From contig OZ038378.1 in the NCBI GenBank assembly GCA_964036045.1, forward strand, positions 56,296,001-56,360,000: DNA of 64,000 bases, given 5' to 3'. Below are positions 46,813-58,500 of this stretch, in pieces; position 1 is the first letter of the stretch; each line of letters opens with the position of its first letter. Below the pieces are notes generated by a model. The model was not told the DNA's origin and made no database searches. It was given only the letters and a program-made list of their open reading frames with translations. This stretch comes from Eutreptiella sp. 'Long Island Sound 2002'. Its lineage: Eukaryota > Protista > Euglenida. The position numbers and the translations under genes are program-made.

Positions 46813-49604
46813 TAAACTATGGGCCTCCTAAGTTGAGATACCCCTGATAGGCTAATATACGTAATATGCGGCCCCTACCCCCCGTACGTTAGCCAAAAGG
46901 GTGTATTTCCCTTGTGCACTGGCTCCTGATAAGGTACTGGGAAACTTTATGTTCTGCCAAGGCGCTGGCAAACCATTTCCTTGGCCTACGCCATCGTAGG
47001 GTTAAAAGCATGCTATCCTTTAATAAGCTTCCTAGCCTCGCTAGCATGCTAGCTAAACCTCGGCCTGTCTTGGTAACAATTTTGGGCCTTCAAACGGTAT
47101 TCAAAAGTATGCACGGGGGCCAACCACAACGTTGCTAGGCCTGTGTCCTCGACCCTACCCTAAACAAGGTGTTGCCCTTTGGGGGTGTGGACCGTACACG
47201 ATGGGAGGCCATGATCCATGGAAGGGATTTTCCTACCAATGCGCGCTCTGTCACTTTATTTTGCCGGACCTCACCAACTAAATGGTGGCGTCAAAATGCT
47301 GGCCCTGGCCACAGCCTGTGTGGGACATGTAGGATCGAAATTATTCCATTCCTTTTTTGTTCACGTGCCACGTGTCATGCTTAGTCAGCTCGGCCTTCAC
47401 CTGCCGCGTCAGTATGTGATACGTGTCCCCACGTATTACCCACACACGGTAGGGTGATTGTAAAGCCATTGCATCGTTGCGGTTGCCTCCAATTGTGATT
47501 ACGCGGTACCACAACATGCTAACGGTGCTTCCTTCCCCCTCACCTCAGGCGTCTTGCACCAGCAGGTCTAGGGGGGGGGAGGGAGCATCAGCCCCATATT
47601 TTTTGCAAATGCTGTGCGGCATTGTGTTCCGAAGACTATGCTTGATGAGTGGACTGTTCCTATTACAAACCGCACCTCATTCTACTTCTCTCGTGATGGC
47701 TTTGATCTTCGGCAAATCTAATCGCTTGTAATGCAGCAGATTGACTCCTTTCACTGTGGTTGTTTTGGGTGATTGCAACAGCCCCTACTTGCGAACAACG
47801 TTGGCCACATTGTAATCAGGCATCCTTGGCAGTGGAGTTTGGTGGTGGGAGAACCACATGCGCATGTGTTGGGGTCTAATGCTAGGAACAGGTTGTGGCA
47901 CTCCCCTTCCTCCCTCTGGGACGCCTAGGAAGTGTCTACATCATAGTTGCACTCCTATCGGAGGACGTGCCCCTACCGGATTCGTCCGGTTTGTTCGATG
48001 CTACAAGTGCCGTTGTACAATGCGGCACGCCTGCGTGGTACCTCCCATTTCTCTCTACAAGTTGTGTATGTGGCTACTGCCCTATTGCGTGACCCGGGCA
48101 TTGTAGGAGGGGTATTTGATAAGTTTTTGACAAAACAATATGGAATATGTCATGCAAAGTTTTGCGTGAAGGTTTGCGGTCCACTTTGGTCGACTTGGGG
48201 GGCTCCTCTAGGGGACGGTGAATTCCGGGTGAAAGTTGGGATAGTTGATACAAAAGTAGCGCACCCGGCCAACCTACCCCCCCCCCCCCCTAAGGACACC
48301 GGCATACTTCTCCCGAAAAAATTTCCACGCTGCTGAAAAGCTGCTAGCATATCAAAAATTCTTGACTTATAATTTTTAGTCTCATGCTCGTCACAGATCC
48401 GAGGGTCCTCATTCCTACACCTTGCAGCTCCTGCTCGTATACCAAGAACAGGGCAACTCTAATTCAGGCATTGTGGATCTCGAGAACAAACAATACCCTA
48501 AAAGATGCATGGTGCGCACAGTGCGTGCACGGTTCAGGCAACACCCCCTATGTGCATAGAGAACTCAAAAAACTGAATTCCTCCATCATCTAAATAAAAG
48601 CACACAAAATTGACCATTTCTGCCCTTGCTATTTTGGCCATTCCAGAATGCATGATCACAATGGAGACATTTGTAAGGCCCATAAGGCCCAATGATGGCG
48701 ATGTGGGCGCTCAGCATGTTTTGGTTTGATCCCCTTGTAATGCAACATGCACAACTCATTCATTCGTGCATGCAATCGTGTCTTGTTTCTCCTCTATTTG
48801 TCCTGCCTACATGCACACCAAACATACATGAGTTCTGAATGCAAGACCAAAGCTATTGTGTACGTGTGCATTTAACAATGGTTTTGGACCAGTGTGGTAT
48901 ACTAGCCCTCTAGGACCAGAACATATTGAATCCAAAGAATGTGTCTTGCCTCAAGGCACTGCATTTCTTTTGGTCTTGGTAAATCTACGACTCCAATGTA
49001 CACCAGACCCCCAATATGACAATTCCTTCCACAAATGCCGTTCTCGTTTTTTTTTCCGTACCAATGTACCAAAGAAACACCCAACCGCCGATGACCAAGC
49101 AGAACACCACTGAACCATCTTCCATCAAGGCGTGAGTACCAGCATGGGCTCCAACATCAACTTGTTTTCGAGGCAAGAGAATGCATCTCATGAGTACATA
49201 GCACAGTCATGCCTAACTCGTGCGTAGAAAGGCGCTTTGGAGACGCACAAGGGGAGGGGCTGGAGGTGGGGCTCATTTGAGAATTTTGAAAGATATGGTC
49301 CTCTCGCTCATCTTTCGTGCGGCGGAGTTGCTTTTATCAGCCAGCAGCCCAGAGCGTACGGTGCCTAGTTCAGAGTTTGCAAGCTGCAAGAACTGCCGAA
49401 AGCAGGCCCGTTCACCACAGCCACTGCTGTTGCTGGTGGTGCCACTAATACTCCGGTGCATGGGGACAGATTTATTGTGTTGTGCAGTTACTGTTTTGCT
49501 CAATTACCATTCCCTGTTAAAAACTGGTGCATCTTCTACTTGCTTAAACCATAGGGGGAATGTCAGCGCGCCGGGTATTTTTTGGGGCCACTTTTGATCT
49601 GGAG

Positions 49605-49905
49605 CCCTAATCCACACTTTTTGCATGGCGCCTTTCCGGTTGGGGAGATGGACTGGCCCCTTTCTATTTGGGAATATAGATTGGCCCCTTTCTGGTTGGG
49701 GATATGGACTAGCCCCTTTCTAGTCGGGGATTTGGATTGGCCCCTTTCCGGTTGGGGATATGGAGCGACCACTTTCTAGTTGGGAATATAGATTGGCCCC
49801 TTTCTGGTTGGGGATATGGACTGGCCCCTTTCTAGTCGGGGATTTGGATTGGACCCTTTCTGGTTGGAGATGAGGACCGACCACTTTCCAATTGGAGATA
49901 TGGAC
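49605..49905. repeat. ~27-bp minisatellite with a ~110-bp higher-order period
   Basis: Unit attggcccctttctggttggggatatgg, about 10 diverged copies; 49681-49790 is repeated at 49793-49900. Confidence 0.9.
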
Positions 49906-50039
49906 ACACCCCACCCACAGAAACCAGAAACCAGTGCTTACATGTCGGGCACCAAAGGGTGTTCGGAGGTAGCTTGGCATTAAAGCGTTGCCCGTGTTCG
50001 CGAATATCTTGTACAAGAAATTTGCTAGGCTGACAGGTT

Positions 50040-50560
50040 GCATCCTTTCAACCATTGTCCCCATTTTCCCATTTCACAAACTCCATGCCCATCAATTCCA
50101 TCGGTGGCATGTGGAGAGCCGACCTGTGGAATCTAAGTATGTGTCACATGTATACAAGGTAGCTGTTGCCATTGATATGTTGGGCAACATTGTATGGATT
50201 TGCCTCTGGGTCCCCGCAACATCTGCAGATGTTTTGATTTGAGATGGGTATGGACCGTCTCGTACCCGCAATTATGTCTTTGATTTTGAGGTTGGGGGCC
50301 ATGACCGCGCTTATAAAGGCCCGGTTCATATCATTGTGCCATTCATTGGAAGAAAGAATGGAACTTTGACGGCCCGGCAACAGTCGTACAATGATGTGCG
50401 TGGGTGGTATAGGGCACACATTGAGCGTTTGTTTGGACAATTGTGGCATTGCTAGTTGGTTAGGAACATCTTGCGTGGCAACCCTAATGAGTTGCCCCAG
50501 TCCGTGCGTGTTTTGTTGCATTTCAAGCAATTTTTGCAATTGGAGGCTAGTCCGTCACCC
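50040..50560 (+). pseudogene. PIF/Harbinger (DDE_Tnp_4-like) transposase fragment
   Basis: HVYKVAVAIDMLGNIVW...TSADVLI*DG...GGHDRAYKG...IVPFIGRKNGTLTARQQSYNDVRGWYRAHIERLFGQL: D, D and N..h...R..IE motifs. Confidence 0.8.
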
Positions 50561-51754
50561 TGCTTGTGGGCCATGGGACCATGCCCCGCATTATTTTTGG
50601 GCTGCTATATACACTCTCAATGCCTTACAGGCCACGTCCAGCCATGTGACATTTATCAACACCGAGCAGCCAGTTTGGTGCTGCAGCTTAGGCATACTGT
50701 ACTCCTTTGTCCTCTGAGGGTCGCTGCACAAGGGGTTGGGGGCACTCCCGGCGTCACGCACTTGGTTTTGCTGGCTGTGGAGGGCAGGGCAGGGGCGGGA
50801 TCTGCCCAAGAGCAAAGTCGGGCAAGAAGGCAGCCTGCACTTACACTGAGCCGACACTGGGTACGTTGAGGTCCAGTTGCAAATACCGGGGGATGGCTGC
50901 AGGGCCCAGGAGAGGGGAAGTATGTTGGAGGGAGGAACAGATGTTTGCACACCTTTATACATTGGACACTGTGGCCTTAGCTTTGGATCAGCTCAGCTCA
51001 GCCTCCCTCACAGGGGGCGGGCGGATGGTACACAGCTGGAGTTTGTCATCAACTCTGAAGTTTTTCAGTTGCACCTGTCACTTCCTGCTCAGCGTTGAGG
51101 GGACTACCACGAGCACGCCACTGCACATGATCATCCCTGGTGTCTGCTCTGCTGAATCCAACCCTGGACTCAACCACATGAACGACATGAATGTGTTGTG
51201 TCACCACCACTGTATACAGGTCTCCTCTGCTCTGGAACGTACTGCCCCAAAAGCCCCCCGAAGGCTGGGCATCCATGCCTCCCAACGGCTGGAGGATGAT
51301 TGCAGTCAGTGATCCTTACATGCACACCCACACCCCAGAGTTCGTTGCTGTCCAGAGACGCAGAATATGGCTGCACGCTGGTGGTCGCCACCTCTACATG
51401 GCACCAGAGGAATGGATTCGGCCGCAGGCACTGGGCATGTGGGGCATGTAGGGCCTTTGGTTTCAACTCAGGGGTAGCCCGCGCACTGCGCGCTACTTTT
51501 AGACTAGGTTCTCCCCGAAGAGCCTGCAGGCACACCCCTTCCAAACGCCCCTAAGTTTAGGTCACCCAACCTAGCCTAGCAGAAGACAAATGCATGCTAC
51601 CTTCCCTTCACATAAGACATCATGCAAAATGCGGAAAGCCTAGGGTGTGTCCCTACACACAGAGCCCAATGCTTGCCATAACCCACCATAGGTCAAAGAT
51701 ATGAAAGGAGAAGGAGTGAGTCTCGAGGGCGAGACTCTCAAATAGCGCCAATCC

Positions 51755-52090
51755 TTAGGCTTTCTGTGCAAGCCACTCAGCTGGCCTCAGCAGTTCACCT
51801 ATGTTGTTCTGGGACAAGTATTCAACCACAACAGAGTTCAAACACCCATCAGACAAAAGAATTGCTGAGCAGGACTCCGAGGTGGCCTGATCCACGCCAT
51901 ACCCTTCCCAGAGGGTAAGGAAGCGCCAACCCTGACGGTAGCAATGGCGGAATACTGACTTCACCAAGTCGAAGCCTTCCTTAGCCATTTCTCCGGCGTT
52001 CCTGTCATGGAGAGTTTCTTCCACTTCATTAGGGCTAGCGGCACCCTGTAAGTCCAGCGCCGCTACCTCCTCATCATTCAGCTCCCATTC
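51755..52090 (-). pseudogene. Chromodomain remnant, probably the integrase C-terminus of a chromovirus-type LTR element
   Basis: FDLVKSVFRHCYRQGWRFLTLWEGYGVDQATSE matches the chromodomain pattern veki..hr....YLvkWeGY...eaTWE; no integrase core visible upstream. Confidence 0.65.
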
Positions 52091-54289
52091 TTCCCCCCAT
52101 CACCCCGACTCAAGAGGCCACACCGAAGTGTGGCAATCCATCACCCCAACTCAAGGTGCCGCACCAAAGTGTGGGAGTCCATGGTGGAGATGAGCAAAAA
52201 AGTGTGAAAAGGGGTGAAATTAGTGAAAATCCAAAATGCTATACCCCCAATGTGGAAGAAGCATCAAAACCTATGCTAGGGGCAACAATGATGCCCCTAG
52301 TATCACAAATTATGGGTCTCCAGTACGGCTAGACGCCCAAATAGTTGCACTGCGCCCACACTGCGCGCGCACTGCGCTAAGGGCGCCCCCTCAAGGCATG
52401 CGCCACCAAATCCACTCAAATTCGCAATACTTTTTTAGTTGCGGCGCAATATGAGTCCGAAGGTACGAACAAATCCAGGCGCACGTCGGCGCGATTGCGT
52501 AGCAAAATGTGAAGCCGCTGTTGCCATAGCTGCAGACGTCGTGCAGGTGATGCCCGTCCAAGAAGGAGCTTGCAGGGACAGGGACACTCCCACTTCAGCT
52601 GGTCTGTAGTGGCATCAACTCAAATTCACAATGGCAGGAGCCACTCCAGGCCAGGCTGCCCTCTGTCTAACCTCACGACTAACAGAAACCTACTGTGGCA
52701 GAGCAATCAGCACGTGTGGTAAATCTACTGTACAACACTGCCAATGGTGGGACCATCAGTTACAGCAAGCAGGAGCAGCAAGCAGTAGCAGGATGGTTTG
52801 GGATATGCAACTGAAGTGGCAGTCCAGTGGTCTGCAGGAAGTGAGAGACAGGGAAGGAAAATACATGACAAAGCTCAGGCCCGCCAACATCAGGGTTCAG
52901 GATTCTCCCCATGCCAGGCAGCAAGAGTTGTACTGAATGTAGAGGGATCCCCTGCATTTGGCGATTAAAAGTCCCCCTCTCTTGGCTCAATTACCTGAGC
53001 TTGTCTGTCCCTTGCCCATGATGACATCGGGGCGTTTGGGTGGGCAGATGACACTGGCTGCAGTGGCACGCACCCCAGTAACCCTGCAATGGACCATTCA
53101 ATCCATTGTGGAACTGCTGGCCAAGGGTGCAATGCGCTAGCTCACAAACGGAGCTAGATTGGGCACACAGACAGCAGCGTGGTAGAGCTGGTGAATTCCA
53201 GGCGACCAGGACAAGTTGGGCCCAACAGCAGCTCCCAAAAGGCAAGATCATCACCAGAGAAATGCTGCAAAGGAAAGCCCTGATGGACATCACTAAGCTT
53301 TGCAGGGCTAAGTGGTGCAGTGTATGCCTTAGTGCCCTGTCTGAGGCACAGAGATGGAGCAATTGCTGATCAGGAGATGAATAGCAGTGGAGGCTAGATA
53401 TGGACAGCCCAGTGTGCCTATGGACAACAGCGGAGGAGTTCAGAGGTCTGTGCCCACTGGATCGCCATGTCCTCCCTTGGGCATGGGGCTTCAGAACGGA
53501 GGTGAGGCAGTGGCAGAAAAACATCCAAGTGGGGAATTTGGGTGTGCTCGCTGATTCCATTGTTGGAAAGTGGGTCGACAAAATGTCATGGCAAGGAGAG
53601 TTTTTTTGGGCGGCCTTGGTAAGCTGGCGAAGCCCTCTTACCAGATGGTACTGGAGAAATCTCTTGGAATCAATGATCAGATCTGTCCCATGCAACGACA
53701 ATCCCACAAAGCAATGTGGTAGCAGACGTCATGGGACTCCCCCCCCCCTTGTCCTAACACCGGGCAAGTTCTGGTTTAGGGGGCAAAACTGCGGAACCAC
53801 AGGGTTGCCGTGTTTGGACAAGCCCATGCATGTTACTACGCGGCACGTACCTTCCCACCCCTTGTAATCCCCTAGCATATGTCAGGCCGCACCCCCCCCC
53901 CCCATGGGAGGGGGGGGACGGTCATGAAGTGACGGTCCCCCCCTCATTGCACCACACAATGGTAGCACTAAAATTGCTACAGTTCCAATATAAGCTACAG
54001 AACTTTTTCTTTGGTGCCTTTGGTGCCTAGTATTTCCTATGCTTTTTTGTCAAGGTGACGGTGCCCCGCATTGGGAGGGGGGGGGGGGGGTAGGGGGGAC
54101 AAGCTTATGCTGTTACCCCAACGTGGCTACCACGGAGGCAAGCACGAATATAGGAGACGGCATAGTTCCCATCAAGTTGTACCTGAACATACCCTGAGGC
54201 CGGGGGGAGGGTTTGCTCCACATTGCTCCCTAGGAGCATCCCGGCATACAAGCATGGGCATCTACGGTTGGGACGTAGGACTCCCATCC

Positions 54290-54450
54290 TATGCCAAGTG
54301 CCCCAGATTGCTGCGTACTGCATGGTCATCCTAAAGTACTAGGTCTAGGTTCCTTAGCTTCACCCCATCCAAGTCACGAAGCGTAGTCACAGCAAGCGGC
54401 AGAGGACTCCAACTGCATCCAAATTCAACAAAATTACAGCCGAGTTCAAT
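54290..54450 (-). pseudogene. Possible RT remnant (LTR/DIRS-type)
   Basis: FGCSWSP...LRNLDLVL*DDH resembles PFG...SP...YxDD; very degenerate. Confidence 0.35.
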
Positions 54451-55099
54451 AATTGCAACCCACACGACCCCGGGCCGATCATTGATGAAGGTCAATGGCC
54501 ACCATGACATCCGTACAAGTTGAGCAGGGAGTATGCCCCACTAGTGCCAAACCTCGCTGAAACATCACACGTAGCGCTGCCAGACGGTGAGTCACCAAGA
54601 TACCCGAGAGCACCCAACAGTGCACATACCTAGATGGATAACTGTACGCCAACGACCAAACCATCTGACCTACTTGGCCTAGAGCAAGAACATCTGCCTG
54701 ACATAAGCAAGCCTTAAATAAACAGTGGCGTAAGGCCATTTGACCAGTGACCAGCTCCTTGTGTAGTTTGCTGTAAATTTTTGTTTTTTCCCCAACTTTT
54801 TCAACAAAATGTTTGCAAAAATGGACCCTTTTGATGATTCTTGTGTCCCCTGTTAGGATCCTTCCATGGCAAAATAATGGGAAACATTTATCTGCATGCC
54901 ATAGGTGCTATTGGAGGAATGTTTGCCCGGCCCCCGCCCGGAGCGCTACTTTTCTATTAACTATCCCGACTTCAGCCCCAGGTTTACCCTCTCATGGAGA
55001 AGCCCCCCAAGTAGACCACGTTGCACTGCACACCTTCCCTACAAAGCATGTTGCATAATAAAGCAATATCTGTGAATTCAGCAACTCCAACTGTCATTT

Positions 55100-55560
55100 G
55101 TATTCTACTTAACAAACAACATTGGTCCCACAAGTGTGGGTGTCAATACATTCAGTACAATAGTGCCCCTTACACTCATCACAAACTGCGACGGTGGAGC
55201 GCTTCTGGCAACACAACACACACACTTCTGCCTCATCCTCTGCCTCATCTTGCGTGCCACAACCGAGCAAACAACTGCTCAATGCGTGCCCTATACCACC
55301 TGTGCACGTCATTGTAACATTGTTGGCGGGCTGTCAAAGAGCCATTCTTTCTTCCAATAAATGGCACTTTGACATGGATTCCGGCCTGTATAAGCACCAT
55401 CATGGCCCCCAACTTCAAAATCAAAGAAATCACCTCAGGTACGAGAAGGTCCATACCCATCCCAAATCAAAACATCTGTTGATGTCCCGGGGGCCAAGGG
55501 GCAAATCCATATAATGTTGCCCAACATATCAACGGCAACAGTCCACCGGTGGGGCACGGG
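55100..55560 (-). pseudogene. Second, inverted PIF/Harbinger-like transposase fragment joined to a Cys/His zinc-finger-like segment
   Basis: TVAVDMLGNIIWICPLAPGTSTDVLIWDGYGPSRT is nearly identical to the 50160-50270 copy; followed by CVLCCQKRSTVAVCDECKGHYCTECIDTHTC. 54900-55060 is inversely similar to 48130-48270. Confidence 0.75.
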
Positions 55561-58500
55561 TCACAAAGGATGCTCGGTGCGCGCCCGCCGCGCTAACGTT
55601 CCCCCATTGATCACCATATATTCTCTGCAGATATGCTTTGAGTGTTTATTTCTGCTTCTTTTTTGCCATCACTCTTTTGTTCTGGGAAAACTCTGATGGT
55701 ATGTAAATTTTGTTGTGATGGCTGTGATGTTTGCATGTGGCTGTTTATTTTTGTGACATTTTCCAGCGATCCCGCATATTTTTGGGATGCCACTGTTCAT
55801 GCTCTATTGTGTTTACATGTTGTTGTTTATTTTTGGGACATTCCCCAAAGAGCCTTGTATATATCTAGGGAGACAGCTGTTGTGCGTCGGTTCGGCGTTG
55901 CTGCTTATTTTGGGACTGTTTCGGAGCTGCCGTAGGTTTTTTGATATCACCGTACGTTCTTTGCTATTGTGTGCATGTTGTCGTTTGCTTTTTTTTTTGT
56001 GACCACTGCATTGTGTTTTTTCTGGTGCCACGGCGTATTGCTCCCGTTGCACTCTTCACTGCTACCCACAGTTGCACCCACACCCCAAGCCATGAAATTG
56101 ATGTACAACAACACATTGAACTCTTTGCTTAATGAAATGTGAAGATTGGAGCAACCACCACCGGGTTGACCAGGGACAGGTTCTCCATGGTGAACGCCCA
56201 ACCATCGCACGTGGTGTTGGACTTGGCGGCCCGAGTAACCTGGGTGTGCTGCAGCTTCTTCAAGGAACCACCCGCTGGCGAATGCAAGTGGCGAAGAGTG
56301 GCAGCGACACTCGGGAAGTGCATCCAAGTAGCACCTTCGGGTGCAACTGGGCCGAGTGGACACATCCATAGATTACCACCCATCCCGAGGACTGGGATAG
56401 GAAAAAGGGTCTGAAAGGCACCCAGGATGAGAAGAGAGGGTGAAATTGTGAGTTGCACAACCAAGGGGCGTACAACCTTCCATAAACAATGCACGGAGCA
56501 CCAAGGAACATCAATAGACAACGGTGGTTGCTAAAAACCAACAGTGACAAGGCGTCTACAAAGAACTATTGTGCTCACCAATGTTGGACGGAATGGACAG
56601 AGAAAAACGACACGAACACCTACCCAAAATGGCAAGAAACACACAAAATGCACAACAATGCACGAATGTGAAAAAACACAAATATACATCAATATACATC
56701 GATATACAATAGTGGGTACCCAAAATGTTTTCGGAAAATATACGTAAATATACGTATATTTTTGATTTGACCAGTGCCACGCCACCACTTAATCAAAGCT
56801 TGGACATAAGGCCATAGGTAAGGCCATACCTCGCCATGTTTAGACAGGCCCCTCTTATGACAAGGAGGGGGGGGGGTGAGGAACTGTCATGGCAAGCACA
56901 CATTACATCATATGGACGTGTCTTGCCTAGGACTCCATTTAGAGCATCCCCCTTGGCGCAAGGACCACTGCTTGACCAAAGGGTGGTCCTTAGACAGTGT
57001 TTAAAGGTACGCCGCTTGACCAGGAGGTGGTCGTTGCGTGCGGTCGTTGCGCAAGAGGAGGGGGGGGGTCAAAAATTATGGCACTGAAGCAAAAGGCTAC
57101 AGCACGAGGTATGGGAGAGGATCCCATGCATCCCCCCGCCTTTTGTCATCCTCAACCTTCCTGCGTTCAAAGGTCCCCCTATCCACGCCCCCCACCCAGG
57201 AGGACAGTTGCCAAATGAGCCCCCCCCCCAAAAAAAACCTGCCGGATGGCAAAGACGCGGTCAAGTGGATCACCATGTCCTCCGTGTTCATGGGGCTTTA
57301 GAACAGAGATGGGATGAGACCCAATGAAAGTGAACGTAGGTGGAGCCTTTGGTAGACTCACCCTGTGTAACACAGCCACCCACCAAGAGCTACTGGATTG
57401 CAACCCCTCAAAGGCACATACCTTCCCAGAGGAGTGGGAATGAATACCGACGGGGGGGCAGGGGGGCAGACAAGCATCTCCGTACGGAATCTGGGTGTGC
57501 TGCCAGATTCCATGGCAGTAATAAGCAAGACAGGAGGTCTACTTGTGAATTCACCCCTCGTGCCATGGGGAACACCCATGGCAGTGGGAATTGCAGCTCG
57601 GGATGTTGTGCCAGGCACCTGGAGTTACTACCGATGCTTGCAGCATCTGCGGCAGCACTGTGATGAGAAATGAATCCCTGGAAACAGATTGGGACGTATG
57701 CCCACAGCAGAGGGACGAGAGCAGCGTAAAGAAGGAGCAGCCCTGAAATTTTCGACGTGCTGTGCAAGCGGTACCACATTCATGAGAACATAGGGGCCAC
57801 ATATCTGGGGCCCTCTGAGCAAGGGGATGCTTCGATAGGGGCTTGTGCCGTGGTGCCGAACCTGGTTCCAATCGTCCTTGCTGCCGCGTTCTGTGGCCTA
57901 GTGCTTCTTGCCGGCCATTCCTCTGATATGGTGTGCGTTTAAGGCTGTAACGTCCTTCGGAAACGAAGCAGGGGATTCACCGGAGCTGCTGACTCACACC
58001 AGAGCAGCCTGGCACTGAGTGGAGGGGGAGACTACGGGGGACTCCCAGCTGCCCGACCAGGACTGGAAGGTTCTGTCCCGCAAGCCACAGGAGCCCTGGT
58101 ACCCGGGGGGGGGGGGGGGGGTCAGCTTGGTTGCGGTGTCCTGCCCACGCAAGAGGCGAGGCTTCTGGAGGTGCGTTGACGTTGAGGTGCTGCATCATAC
58201 CTGTCCCATACCTCTGAGGTCCCAGTCTGAACTCGGCTGGACACAAGCCCAACCACAGCATAAGAAAGACGACTGTGCACTGGGTGTAAAGACCCCACCT
58301 CTTCTCTTTCTGGTACATGCCCCCGTGCAAACTGTTCGGACAAGGCTGTTTTTCACGCATGTCCCTGTAACAGACATGCTCCGAAAATTGTACCAGACGA
58401 TGTGGTTTGTAACTTTGTGCAGGCTGCTGGAAGGGTCAATGGGTTTCAAAGTGTTGGTGTAGTTGTAATTCCATGTGCTCTTGTGATCCGGGTTGTATGC

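Noticed and set aside
52600-53870. Coding potential in 52.6-53.9 kb and 56.8-59.5 kb
   Set aside because: Only short frame-broken ORFs with no recognisable motif or codon bias; left unannotated.
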